The notes beneath the pieces were generated by a model. That model had not been told where the DNA came from. It searched no databases and worked only from the letters and a program-made list of their open reading frames with translations. DNA of 64,000 bases, from NCBI GenBank assembly GCA_002269645.1, contig NIVC01000260.1, positions 124,001 to 188,000 of the forward strand. Reading direction: 5' to 3'. The stretch is from Macrostomum lignano. Taxonomy: Eukaryota. Made by a program: the position numbers and the translations under genes. This document shows, in pieces, positions 1 through 11,533 of the stretch; position 1 is the stretch's first letter, and every line of letters begins with the position of its first letter.

Positions 1-135
1 AACTGAGGATCTGGGAGGCTGGTCCAGCAACTGAGGATCTGGGAGGCTGGCCCAGCAACTGAGATCTGGGAGGCTGGCTGGCCCAGCAACTGAGGATCTG
101 GGAGGCTGGCTGGCCCAGCAACTGGGAGGCTGAGA
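1..135. repeat. 28-bp minisatellite (AACTGAGGATCTGGGAGGCTGGCCCAGC), probably in an MRPS27 intron; truncated by window edge
   Basis: Tandem units visible from base 1; same unit recurs at 46785-47325. Confidence 0.95.
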
Positions 136-161
136 TCCCAATACATTATCCTTGGTCATAC

Positions 162-710
162 CTTGAGCAGCGCCTTCACAGCCGCCCTGGCCTCTTCAAT
201 AGCTTCCGGCCGGCACCGAGGCCGCTTGCCGGGCTCATTAACTTTGCCGTTGCCTAGGCAACGCGCCGACCCTAGCAACGAGTCGACAACCAGCAGCGTG
301 GACTCGGACATGGCTGGCGGCTGCTGCTGCTGCTGTCGCAGGACGCTCAACAGCTCGTCCGGTTTCTCCCAGGCAGCCAGGCCGATGAGCAGACAGGCCA
401 GCCCGGCCGGCTGTCCGGGCCATTCGGCCAGCAGACGGCGGCCAACTCTGGCCAGAGTGAGCCCGACCTGAAGTCGTTCCTCTTCTATGTCGAAATAATT
501 GTCATAGTTCGGCCGGCGAATGTAGTCTACGATCAAGTGCTGCGTGTCCGAACTGTCGTCGTCTTCGTCCTCATCTTCGGCGGCTTCCTCGCTGTCGGCA
601 TTGGCGTCGGCACTGACGGCTGTCGTCCACTCGGACAGTTGGTCGGCGGCTCGACTGATCGAAGCCAGCAGCATCAGACCGGTGCACGGCCAGCCGTCCG
701 AGGGCAGGTC
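162..710 (-). CDS. MRPS27: MRPS27-like mitoribosomal protein, exon 3 (gene probably continues left of window)
   Basis: Acceptor ttctcttccag|GAC at 711, phase 0, in frame with ORF 156..674; donor AAG|gtatga at 161; contains an acidic tract. Confidence 0.8.
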
Positions 711-750
711 CTGGAAGAGAAGGCGGAGAGCCCAGTGTTTGAGAAATTCC

Positions 751-1279
751 CCTCTGAGTCTACTTGACTACTGTAGAAATTCCCCTCTGAGTCTACTTGA
801 CTACTGTAGAAATTCCCCTCCGAGCCTACTTGACTACTGTAGAAATTCCCCTCTGAGCCTACTTGACTACCGGAGAAATTCCCCTCCGAGCCTACTTGAC
901 TACTGTAGAAATTCCCCTCTGAGCCTACTTGACTACCGGAGAAATTCCTATCTGAGCCTACTTGACTACTGTAGAAATTCCCCTCTGAGTCTACTTGACT
1001 ACCGGAGAAACTCCCCTCTGAGCCTACTTGACTACTGTAGAAATTCCCCTCTGAGTCTACTTGACTACTGTAGAAATTCCCCTCTGAGCCTACTTGACTA
1101 CTGTAGAAATTCCCCTCTGAGTCTACTTGACTACCGGAGAAATTCCCCTCTGAGCCTACTTGACTACTGTAGAAATTCCCCTCTGACTCTACTTGACTAC
1201 TGTAGAAATTCCCCTCTGAGTTTACTTGACTACTGTAGAAATTCCCCTCTGAGCCTACTTGACTACTGTAGAAATTCCC
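751..1279. repeat. 33-bp minisatellite filling MRPS27 intron 2
   Basis: About 16 units of AGAAATTCCCCTCTGAGCCTACTTGACTACTGT; explains the RNSPLSLLDYC ORF. Confidence 0.95.
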
Positions 1280-1293
1280 TCAAGCAGCATTAC

Positions 1294-1749
1294 CTGCAGA
1301 GCGTGATCAAAAGCCACCAGAGCAGCCAGTCTCGCATCGCCAGCCTCGTACAGGTGATCAATGAGCAGGCTGGCCGAGAACTGGTCCAAGAAGATGCCAT
1401 AGGTGAATTTATCGCGAAGCCAGTCAACCAATAGCTCGGCTTGGCCAAGCGAGATCATACACCTGACCAGGGCGTGATCGGTTGACTCCAACTTTCCTAG
1501 CGACTCTTGCGTCACCCGAAATTTAGCCAACACATTGGAAAAATAGGGCAAATAGGAAAGCTCAAAAGAATCTAATTTATTAGCGTAGATGTCGACATCA
1601 ACTGGGGCGACTGGTTCTCGCCTATCCAGGGCGCGCAGCAGCCCGTTGCCAAGATCCAACCCAGACACCGCGTCGTGCGCCGATAATCGCGACTGCCAAG
1701 CGTCCGGACAGGAGAAACTGGCGCTCAGTATGCTGCGCCTGCTCAGTGC
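1294..1749 (-). CDS. MRPS27: MRPS27-like, exon 2
   Basis: RSILSASFSCPDAW and YGIFLDQFSASLLIDHL...FDHALQ resemble human MRPS27 (YLLSSAY..W, YGIFPDNFTFNLLMDSF, FEVMMQ) from memory; acceptor aaacag at 1750, donor CAG|gtaatg at 1293. Confidence 0.85.
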
Positions 1750-1936
1750 CTGTTTATCAAGGAAGACAATAAAATGTTGATATTGCTACTGCAATAAGTA
1801 GACTAATAGGCGAATAAGATAAATCAAAAAAACATTGTAAATCAATTAAAATGCTGATATCCTACTGCAAGTAGAAAAACAAGGGTGAAGCATATTTTTC
1901 AAATCAAATAAATACAAGAATCAATGCATGCAATAC

Positions 1937-2026
1937 CTGAAAAGTCGATTGCACTGGCAGTAGTTGGTGTCCATGTTTTAGCCAGCCAAAATGCTTGGCA
2001 AAGCCATTATTGGCTAGGCGCAACAT
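1937..2026 (-). CDS. MRPS27: MRPS27-like, exon 1 (mitochondrial presequence-like, MLRLANNGFAKHFGWLKHGHQLLPVQSTFQ)
   Basis: ATG at 2026, 30 codons, donor CAG|gtattg phase 0 matches exon 2; no acidic residues. Confidence 0.75.
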
Positions 2027-4083
2027 TTGCAAATTTTACCAATAGCAGCAGTGATGAACAGTGTAATTGTTTTACACTGAAATGACATAAGTTTAATAGT
2101 TTGTTATTATCATTGTTACCATTCTTACAAAAAGCATTTTTGGAAACTCTAAGCATTTTTAAAGTTCAAGTTTATCTAAATTATAATAAGAGATTAAAAA
2201 TCAAGTTAAGAAATTATTGCTATGAAGTCTAATAACAATGTGTAAAAGCATAACCAACCTATTGGATAGCAACTATTAGAAATCCAGACAGACATACCTT
2301 GTTAACTATGTGGATTGCATCTTGCATGTTTAATTTAAAATCCTAAACTTATTTTAGTTTTTTTTCTTGTTTTTTGCATATGATTTCTTAGATTATTAGA
2401 GTATGTTAAGCAAAAGGCTACCAGGATCATTGGTGACTCTTTCAAGGTTCCATATAGCCTTAGGACTTATAGAACTGCTGGTAGACTCAAGTTTTATCCT
2501 CTATATCTATAGAAGACAATTTTATGGAACTATAGAAGACTATAGAAGACAATTCTATTTCTCTTCTATCCATTCCCATTTTTCTATCAGTAGCCATGGA
2601 GCACCATAGGTGTTATTGGTCTTTGACCATTCCCATGGTGAGTTGCATATGCTAATATGATATTAATTCAGCTTCCTGATTATCAATCAAACCTTAAAAG
2701 TGCTCCAATTTCTTTAATCAACTTGCTTATAATAATAAAGCTAAGCAGACACTTCAATCTAATCATTTTCTTGACAACTATAGAGAGCCAATTGTATCTC
2801 TTAGAAGAGCATGTCCAAGAATGGGTAAACTGCAATGCTACAATATTATACTTGAATCTTTTCTTAGATGAAAAAGGCAAAGTAGTCTTTTTTATCTCAA
2901 TGATATCTCTAGTGAAGCAGGCATTAAACAATATATATTTCTTGCAAACATCTTGCCTTTTATCTTGGCAGGTTTTTTAGTTTGACTGAAGCTATAAAAA
3001 ATCTAGGTAAGGCCTACTTGTTGCTTTCCTAGGTCTAGCTTTTAGTTTCCATAGGGCCTGACTAGCCAATGTTTAGTACTTTGGAAGATATGCTAATATG
3101 CACTTTAAATGGGCAGCTACTATGCATGTGTCCATTTCTTAAATAGAACACAAAGATAAAAGACTAGAATAATGAAGTCTAAAGTCTAACTAAAAAGCAG
3201 AATTAACCTTTTAAGAAACTTTTAACAAATTTACAAAAGTTTTTTCTTAAGCTTGAAGTTGTCAAGGACTTTGGCTTTAAAGTTGTAAGCAATTATGTAA
3301 ATGACAATGTAGAAAAAAAACTTGTTTATATTTTAATAAAGGCATGTAATGTCTTAGCTAATGTATTTTCTTTTAGAAAAGATGCTTGCTTAGTAGATAT
3401 AGGCTCCCATGTTACAATTGTTTTAACTTGTATTGTGAATTAACTAAAATTAAATTTAATAAAAATTAATGTATAGCTTATAGTAGTCAGATGAAAACAA
3501 TTTAAATGTGATAGGAAAAAATATTTTGTTATTTGGTCTAGGAAGTTTATATTTGTAGCAATATTTAATAAGATGTTATCACACAATCAGACTTAATGAA
3601 AGAATTCCACATTTCTGTTCATTTTGCACAAGGTATTATTATGTTAAATAGCTACAACAAATATATTTCAACCAGTAAAGTAATAGAATTTATAAACTTT
3701 AAAACTCTTATTGTAATATATAATATATATAAACTATATTCTAATAGCTAAGATAGCTAGTGTCTTTGAGACCAAAAGAAAGCAATATATTTTTATACTA
3801 GGCAAAAAAAGCAAATCATTGTATTCTAGACCTACTATTTGCCAGAACTTCAGAAGTGTCAATCTACGAGGGGTGTTGCAAAAGTTTCCGGACTAATGCT
3901 CTTCATAGTGATAATTCGTGTTTGATTTGGCTGAAAATTGATGTCTATGGTATTCAGCCATAGAAAAAACTTTTCCTGAAAGTTTTTGCAGCTTAGTCAA
4001 TCACAGCATATATCAGGGCCAAAATAAGTTGCAACCCTTTGAACCTGTTGACACGATTTTTCACAAACCAAAAGTGAGCAAAA

Positions 4084-5205
4084 ATGAGTTGACCGAAGAG
4101 TTCGGGTCTAAGGAAAGCCAGCACCACTTTATCATGGCATGCCAACAACAAGGCAAAACAGCGACACAGACCTTTGATCAGGTGCGTCTTGCTTTCAATG
4201 TTCACACCCTGGGTCACACTTAAGTGTTTGAGCATCACCAACTCACTGCTGACGGTGTCACCAACGTTGCTGATGCCTCTCAATCTGGGCATCCTCGCTC
4301 AAGCACAGGTCATGACAAAACAACTGTTGTGCTTGACTATTTGAAAGAAAATCCGTCTGCATGCATGCGTGAAATGGAGAATGCTGTTGGTATCCACTAC
4401 TCATCTGTGTGCCGCATTCTGCAACGCCAAGGCTACTCCAAGATTTGTGCAAAGTGGGTGCCATGTGAACTGATGGAAGAGCACAAGAAAGCACGTGTGC
4501 GTTACTCGCTAGAAAACTGGGCATTGTGGAATGAACTAGGTGACAGCAAGTTCAAAGAGCTGCTCATCACAATGGATGAAACACCGCTGCCCATGTTTCA
4601 ACTGCAGACAAAACAGCAGACTATGCATTGGGGCCCAAAAGGAAGCCACCCGCACCAGAAGGCCATGAAGTCGGCATGGACACAGAGTGTCATGTGCACT
4701 GTGTGGTTTGATGCTCGTGGTGTGCTGATAGTTGACCACCTGCCCCAAGGTCAGACCATCAATGCCGACTATGTCATCGATCAGCTCCACTGCCTGCATG
4801 ATGCTGTTCTGAGTAAGCGTCACATTATGCGCCAGAAGCCCTTCATTCTCTGGGACAACGCGCGTCCTTATGCTGCCGCTTGCACACAAGCCAAGGCAGA
4901 AGAGCTAGGCTTCCGATTGCTGAACCACCCAGCCTACAGTCCCAATCTCGCCATCGCCGATTTTTACCTCTGGCCCAATGAAGATGCCAATGCGTGGCGA
5001 GATCTTCACAACACGTGAGGAGGTCATCGAAGCAGCCAACAAGTCTTTGCGTCAGTTTGATGCCAGCTTCTGGGAGTCTGGCTTCGACAAGCTGATTGAG
5101 CGCTACCAAAAATGCATCTCCATAAATGGCAAATACGTGGAGCGAGCCAGCAATCAATCTGTGGACGCATCCGGCAATAGAAGCGACAGTGACAGTGATT
5201 GGTAG
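4084..5205 (+). pseudogene. Mariner transposase pseudogene
   Basis: WVPCEL, ITMDET, WDNARP, YSPNLAIADF with 34 residues between D2 and D3; in-frame TAA at 4221-23; frameshift near 4975; start position approximate. Confidence 0.92.
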
Positions 5206-5306
5206 CTGTAACTCAGAAATCGTATTTCATGACTATAAATAATCTACTGTACAATTGCTTATTAGGCCTACTATTAACCATCAACTCCAAACTTTCTAAA
5301 ACTTTA

Positions 5307-5990
5307 TCTCTACCTATAAAAACCAAAACTCTGTCTGTCTGTCTGTGGACAAATTACTTCGCTATGGACTCCCAAACCGCTCAACCAAATTACACCAAAC
5401 TTTACACCCACCCTAAACTTACTACAGAGAATGTCTTAGGCTACCTTTAAATTTCCTAGACTCAAGTCTTCCTACCTAAAAGTACAAAAAACTGCTCAAA
5501 ATGCGCGATTTTTTCACTTAATCTTTCATAGCGTCGCTCCACTTCTACCGATTCTCTTCAAATTTGACACAGATAATCTTAAACTATTTTGGCACAATCA
5601 TGTAAAATTTCGAGTCTCAAAGTTAATCCTAAACGGTGCTGTGCACTTTTAAAGTTAGGCTGTTTTTTTGCAGCGTAGCAACCACCCCAACCTCCGCCCG
5701 CCTGCCTCTCTTTCCCGATCTGGGCCGAGATATGTAAAAGGGTTTCAAAATTGACTAACTTTCAGCTGCCATAAGTTTGCTCCACGAAAAGCGATTAACT
5801 TCAAACTTGACACAATTCTTCATTGACTCATTATCTATCTAAATGTAAAGTTTCAACTCTGTAACTCAACCGAAAAAGAAACTGTAAACATGTGAAGTTT
5901 GTCTGCTTTTTCTGTTGTTTGTGCCACTCACTCACTCATTCCCCCAGAGCCAGACGAAGGGTCAGGCGATAGGACTGAATGTACATAGCA
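5307..5990 (+). mobile_element. Dispersed non-autonomous repeat, Helitron/DINE-like, copy 1 (inside mariner)
   Basis: Begins A|TCTCTACCTATAAAA followed by (CTGT)n; 5510-5815 aligns by eye with 8855-9170; class assignment is inference. Confidence 0.45.
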
Positions 5991-6519
5991 AATGTACAGT
6001 GTTTTGGAATAACTTTTCAATAGCCTTCTCTGCACCCCGAGGGTGGAGAGGCTACGTTTAGCCATGACAATTTAGTGAGAAATTCTAACCACTGTATTGG
6101 CAAACTCTGCAGCAGTTTAACAAGTGGATGGCAATTGGCAATTGGCAAATCGAGGGAATCCACTATCCAGCATGGTTTGTAAAAGCGAAATATTTATGAA
6201 AAGGCGATGCGATGCAATGCAATACAACCCTACTAAAAGAGGCACACCATGGAAATTTTAGGTTTCTTTTAAAGGTACTGTGTAAATATTAAATGGCCTC
6301 CTAATAAATGCGTATTTCCTTGGTTGTTAGACTGATGCAGACTGCAGTGGAGCTGAAGATACACAAATTCCTTTCAGGGCTGCAAATTGGCAAGAATGAT
6401 GACGTGATCAAAGCATGAGAACAACCATGAGAGTACTACGTCCCACAAACTGGCTTTCCAAGCAGGGATGGGCAGACTTTTACCTCAAAGGCCAAAAAAG
6501 AATCCAGCTTATGGCTGAG

Positions 6520-7130
6520 GGGGCAGTTGAGAGTGGAGAGAAGGAATAGACTATTCGAAAAGAGAGGAGAGGTGAGAGAGGGAATAATAGAAAAGATAAA
6601 AGATAATAGGAGAGATGAGGGAGTGAGGACGATGAGGAGAGAGTAGAGAGGAGAGAGTAGAGGAGCGAGTAAAGAGGAGAGTAGAGGAGTGAGTAGAGAG
6701 GAGAGAGTAGAAGAGCGAGTAGAGAGGAGAGAGGAGAGAAGAGAGAGCAGAGGAGCGAGTAGAGAGGAGGAGAGAGTAGAGGAGCGAGTAGAGAGGAGAG
6801 AGTAGAGGAGCGAGTAGAGAGGAGAAGAAAGATGGGAGAGGAGAGATAAGAGAGAGGTGGAAGCAGAGAGAGAGGGGGGAAGCAGAGAGAGAGGGAGGAA
6901 GCAGAGAGAAATGAAAAGAGATAAAAGAAATGAGACAAGAGAGATGAAAAAGAAGAGAAATGAGGGAAGATACGAGAGAAGAGGGGAGAGAGGAGAGAGG
7001 AAAAAGAGAAGAGAGGAGAGGAGAGAGAGCAGAAAGGAGAGACGACGGACGAGAGAGACGAGAGGAAACAGAAGAGAAGATAGAAGTTTCAAAGAATCCA
7101 AGAGACGTAGGGAGAGTCAGAGGCAGAGGC
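6520..7130. repeat. GA-rich low-complexity tract
   Basis: Degenerate GAGA/GAGGA/GAGTAGAG units. Confidence 0.9.
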
Positions 7131-8849
7131 CAGAGTTTGCCAATACATGTTTTAGGGTCAGACAGACATTAACCAGCACCCCAGCCAACAATATCAATGT
7201 TTGCCTCAAATCCTAATTGTATGCGAATGTACTCCATTTTGTTTACCTCTATCCTACTAACTAACTATGGGCTCAGATTTCAGAATACATGCAAAAATAG
7301 TTCCGGGGATTGGAATTACCCGGGTTCAAATTCTGCGGGTTTCAACAGCTTGTAATATTATAAAATACAAGTTACCTGTTTGTCTGTTTAAGTTTTTTGC
7401 TGAATCAGACTAAAATTATCACCATGAAAAGCATTAGTCCGGAAACTTTTGCAACACCCCTCGTATTAAGAGATAAAGGGATGAAAGTTAAAATAATCAA
7501 TTTGAATATTAATAGACAACTAGTTTCTCATACAAATAAGGCCAATTGGAAAGTTTGCTCTATTTTATCGATCAAAAAGGAAATTATATATTTATTTAAT
7601 GTAAATTTCAGGCCTAATACCTCAAATGACTTGTCAAATAGTATACGTCAAAGAAGTAAAAAAGTATTGAAAGAATTTGCAGTAATATATATTAGATAGC
7701 AATCTGGGATAGATAAATTTGCTTAGGCGCAAGATAGACACATGAAGTATAATACCAATAAATAATCTCTAAGATGTACAAACTTGACAATGATCAATCT
7801 AACCAAAAATCACTGAAGTAACTTGTCACCAAAATGGATGTCACCGAACTGACTGTCAAAGAACTTACTGTCACTGTCACCAAAGTAGGCCTAACCAGTT
7901 CCCTATTTGTCTGCCAGCAGATAAAAAGGCAGCAGACAAAATCACTACACAAAATTGAGCTTTAGCTTTGATTTGAAAGCATCGAAAAGTTTATACATAA
8001 ATAACATTAATTGATCCATTGGCATTATCCAATGTAAACCAGTTTTATTTTTGAATAACTTAATAATATTAAACTAGATATATAACATCGAAAAACTATG
8101 TCACCTCTTTATATAGAACTCTTCTCATTGAAGCATTTTAAAAGCAAAATTACTGATGTGGCAAATTGAACTCCGTGGAAATGGTAGATTGGTAGGCCTA
8201 GTTATCAAAATGTCCAGATTAGGCCTGCACTCTGACTTCATTCCACTGGATGCTAGGTCGCTCTCAAATACTAGGTAGGGGCCTAAAGTTAATTTTTTTT
8301 ACTTTTTTGAATTTTTACTATATTGTTACTGCTGTAAGAGAAACGATGACACATACAGTAGTACACAGTACATACCACAAACAAAAAATAAAAGCGTTCT
8401 TCCAGGAAAATTTAGAGCATAATCTATATTTGAATAATTTCTTTAGAGAAACAAAACCTACTTACTTTATTCAAAGATATTGGTTGCTTAGGACTTTAAA
8501 TTAAAATATAAAAAATTATTCACATTACCTACTTTTCATATTACTTTAAAAATCTCAAAGAAAAAATCTAAAAATATCAAAGCCGAGAAATCTACACTTT
8601 AAAAACCCAGGGTCGGTGTGGTTGGTTGGGTGGGCTACGCCATCTGGGCTAACTGTTCGGGTGATAATTTTTATTTGGATTTCTGAAACAATTTTGAGTA
8701 GGCATAGTTTTTTTGCAATTTTAGGTAAGAATGACTCAAATTTGAGAAATTTTAAAGTAGTCTATGACACTTTCCATAGTGAATTTAATAATTACAGTCG
8801 TTTCGGTGACAAGACGTTTCGGTGACAGTGGGTGCAAAATTTGGTGCAA

Positions 8850-9240
8850 TTTTTTCACTAAATCATCCATAGCACTGCTCCACTTTTACCAATGGTCTTA
8901 AAATTTGACATAAACAATCTTTGACAACTATTTTGACACGATCATGTAAAATGTTGAGTATCAAAGTTAATCCTAGGCCTAAATGGCACTGTGCACTTTT
9001 AAAGTTAGGCTGTTTTTGTCAATGAGGCAGCCACCCCAACCTCCTCTCCACCTGTCTATCTTTCTCAATCTGGGCCCAGATATGTAAAAGGGGTTGTAAA
9101 AACTAAAAATGACTATCTTTTAGCTGCCATAATTTTACTCCATGTAAAGCAATTGATTTCAAACTTGACATAGTCATAGGGCCTTTTTTGTCATTGACTA
9201 GACCCAGACAAGATGAAGGTCACAAGACATCAGACTAGAT
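8850..9240 (+). mobile_element. Dispersed repeat, copy 2 of the element at 5307-5990
   Basis: Shared blocks such as TGTGCACTTTTAAAGTTAGGCTGTTTTT, CCACCCCAACCTCC and GATATGTAAAAGGG; ends near CTAG at 9235-38. Confidence 0.7.
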
Positions 9241-10221
9241 TAATGCAGTGCTGCGTCCAGTGTTTCTAATTGCTATTGAGCTGACAGCTGAGTGAGCTGA
9301 GCTATTGAGCTGAGGTGAGAATTATAAGGAGATCAAACAATTAAGTTAAGCATTTGGAATTTGGATCATCATTGGATAGTTTGGATAGACAGAAACTTTG
9401 AAACATACTATTAGTGTTATACCAGTTTTTGTCTACAGCAGTGCAGCGCATCCTGGTCTTGAAAATCGCACCCTGAAATCTAGAACGCACAGGGTACAAA
9501 ATCATACCCAAGTTATAGACAAAAAAAACCCCAAGGCAGTAAATCCCATCCTCTAGGGAAAGACATGTCCTCAATGTCCCTCCCCTTGGCTAGGCCTATG
9601 CCCTTGGATTTGAGTCAGAAAAAATTAGGCAAGATTAATAAGGTCTATATTTTGAGAATTTGAGTATATTATTCAAAATTATCTAGAAGCAAACAATGGA
9701 AAGGCATGAAATGTTTAACTTGGCTTATATTTATCTAACCTGCATATCCATATACTAAAAATGGTTTGTCAGTATATGTATGTGTGATTAGTTTTAGAAA
9801 AATAGCTCAACCTATTTTCTTAAAACAATCAAGGTATTTATCAAGGACTTAACTACTTACTTATGCTTCATTTTTTCTATAGATTGTTATATTGATAGGC
9901 ATTAAATAATATAATTCCTCCATGATTTATTGCTATTAGATTATCCAACTATTCTTTTAGGCCATTTGAATTTTTAATGCAATATGCAATATTTAAACTG
10001 AATTGTTAATCTTTAGGCCTATTACTCATACAAGTCCTAATAGTTGATGATAATCTATTATAAATAATAAAAGCCTATATTAGAATAATCAATATTAGAA
10101 AATGTTAGCTCTAATCATGTTTTGAAATAATTGCTTGCAGTTTATAAACTTATAATCCAATTTAGTATGTTTTGTTATATCATTTCTTACATACATCATG
10201 TTACATACATCATTTTGTTAC

Positions 10222-10470
10222 AATTGTTATATCATACCAAAAGATACTGGTATGATGTAACAATTTATAGGTGTCTATAAAATTTATATTGTGTCTAGTG
10301 CATTTATAGGTATCTATGGGTTTTCTAAAAACTCTTAGTATACATATATACTAAGTATATATTTATACTAAGTATATATCTAAGTATATATAAGTATATA
10401 TATATATACTAAGAGTTTTTAGAAAACCCATAGATACCTATAAATTGTTACATCATACCAGTATCTTTTG
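10222..10470. repeat. AT-rich nested inverted repeat (foldback)
   Basis: Perfect arms AAAAGATACTGGTATGATGTAACAATTTATAGGT and TTTATAGGTATCTATGGGTTTTCTAAAAACTCTTAGTATA with their reverse complements. Confidence 0.9.
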
Positions 10471-10912
10471 AAGTTTCACTAGTCAGCAGACACTTGATAT
10501 ACTTGTAATTTTTAGGTATGCCACATTGCACTATCACTAGACTACAATATTCCTACATCATGCTGCCACTATCTATATTTAAATTTTCTATGTCAGTGTG
10601 TATAAAAATATTGTGCTATACTAGAGCCAAATTTTAAAACTGAAAAGATGTTTTTTAATAAATAAGTATATATTGTATAATAAAAGCATAGGCCCCTATT
10701 TGTTGTACAAAATCTGCTAGTCTGGCAAAATTGCTATTAGATATTAGCATATTAATTCAAAGAGTTATTTTAATGTGAGTTTTGTGTGTCCTGATAATTA
10801 CAGCATCTCAAATTTTAACCCTAGATACAAAATTCAAAATTGAAATAAAAAATATCAGGCAATAATGTTCAACTCTTCTCTCATGTTATTTTTCAGATCT
10901 TGCTTGCCAACA

Positions 10913-10981
10913 ATGGATCAAGGTGATTTAATCAAGGAGCGCACAGTGGCTGGCCTTTTAGCCAGACTAAAGAGTTATGCT
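10913..10981 (+). CDS. ZC3HC1: ZC3HC1/NIPA-like (zf-C3HC + Rsm1-like), exon 1
   Basis: ATG 10913, MDQGDLIKERTVAGLLARLKSYA, donor gtaagc phase 0. Confidence 0.8.
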
Positions 10982-11224
10982 GTAAGCAGAAAATATTATT
11001 TGCTTTGTAAATGCTGTATTCTTTTTTAGCTAGTTTATTAAACACTTGTTGAAAATTTGCGCTGTAATGCTAAGCTTTGTTCTATACAGAAATTTTGGAT
11101 TTCATTAATTTTTATTTACAGCTTCAAGGTAATAAAAGGGTCTGAATTTATTTTGAAAAGTTTCAGCTACTAATAGTAGCGAGTGAATTAGAAACTCACC
11201 TTAACTCAACTCAACCTCCCGCAG

Positions 11225-11372
11225 TCGCTGCCCTGGTCCAACAAGCCAATCGAAGTGTCGCCATTAGTTTGCTCTCGTCATGGCTGGTTAAGCCGAGAGC
11301 CCGACACTCTTGGCTGCGTTGACTGCGGCGCTTCGCTGTGCGTTCGTCTGCCGCTGCAGACAACTGAGAACT
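11225..11372 (+). CDS. ZC3HC1: ZC3HC1-like, exon 2
   Basis: SLPWSNKPIEVSPLVCSRHGW...CVDCGASLC matches human SLKWAGKPFELSPLVCAKYGW...CSSCQAFLC from memory; cgcag and gtaagc sites. Confidence 0.9.
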
Positions 11373-11533
11373 GTAAGCCTCAACAGCTTCAACAAGATTG
11401 AAGAAATTCGAAATTTTATTTTAAGACTTTTTTAAATGCATGTTTTTCATACACTACTAGCTTTAGTCTGAGTAGAGTAGTTTGATTTTTATCGGTATTT
11501 TTATAAAGATCTTCCACATTTTTTCATATTTAG

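Larger units (their letters stand above)
3867..7463 (+). mobile_element. Mariner (DD34D) DNA transposon, non-autonomous, with about 2.2 kb internal cargo
   Basis: 50-bp TIRs (first 34 bp perfect, CGAGGGGTGTTGCAAAAGTTTCCGGACTAATGCT; 2 mismatches overall); TA duplications at 3865-66 and 7464-65. Confidence 0.92.

Noticed and set aside
544-1434. Long ORFs with repeating peptides (RNSPLSLLDYC; also those at 13.5k, 18.9k, 24.3k, 49.4k, 52.8k, 54.7k and 57.9k)
   Set aside because: They are translations of stop-free tandem repeats, often open in several frames and lying in introns of other genes.
2403-2980. Short ORFs in AT-rich DNA (also 7397-8825 and 9341-9574)
   Set aside because: No recognisable motifs, non-ATG starts, and composition unlike real exons in this window.
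7830-8830. Inverted short motifs TGTCACCGAA and TTCGGTGACA suggesting element ends
   Set aside because: Only 10-11 bp matches, with no TSD or continuous TIR.
11122-11128. Possible 7-nt microexon (acag|CTTCAAG|gtaat) in ZC3HC1 intron 1
   Set aside because: It would shift the frame; exons 1 and 2 already join in phase and align without a gap to the known motif.
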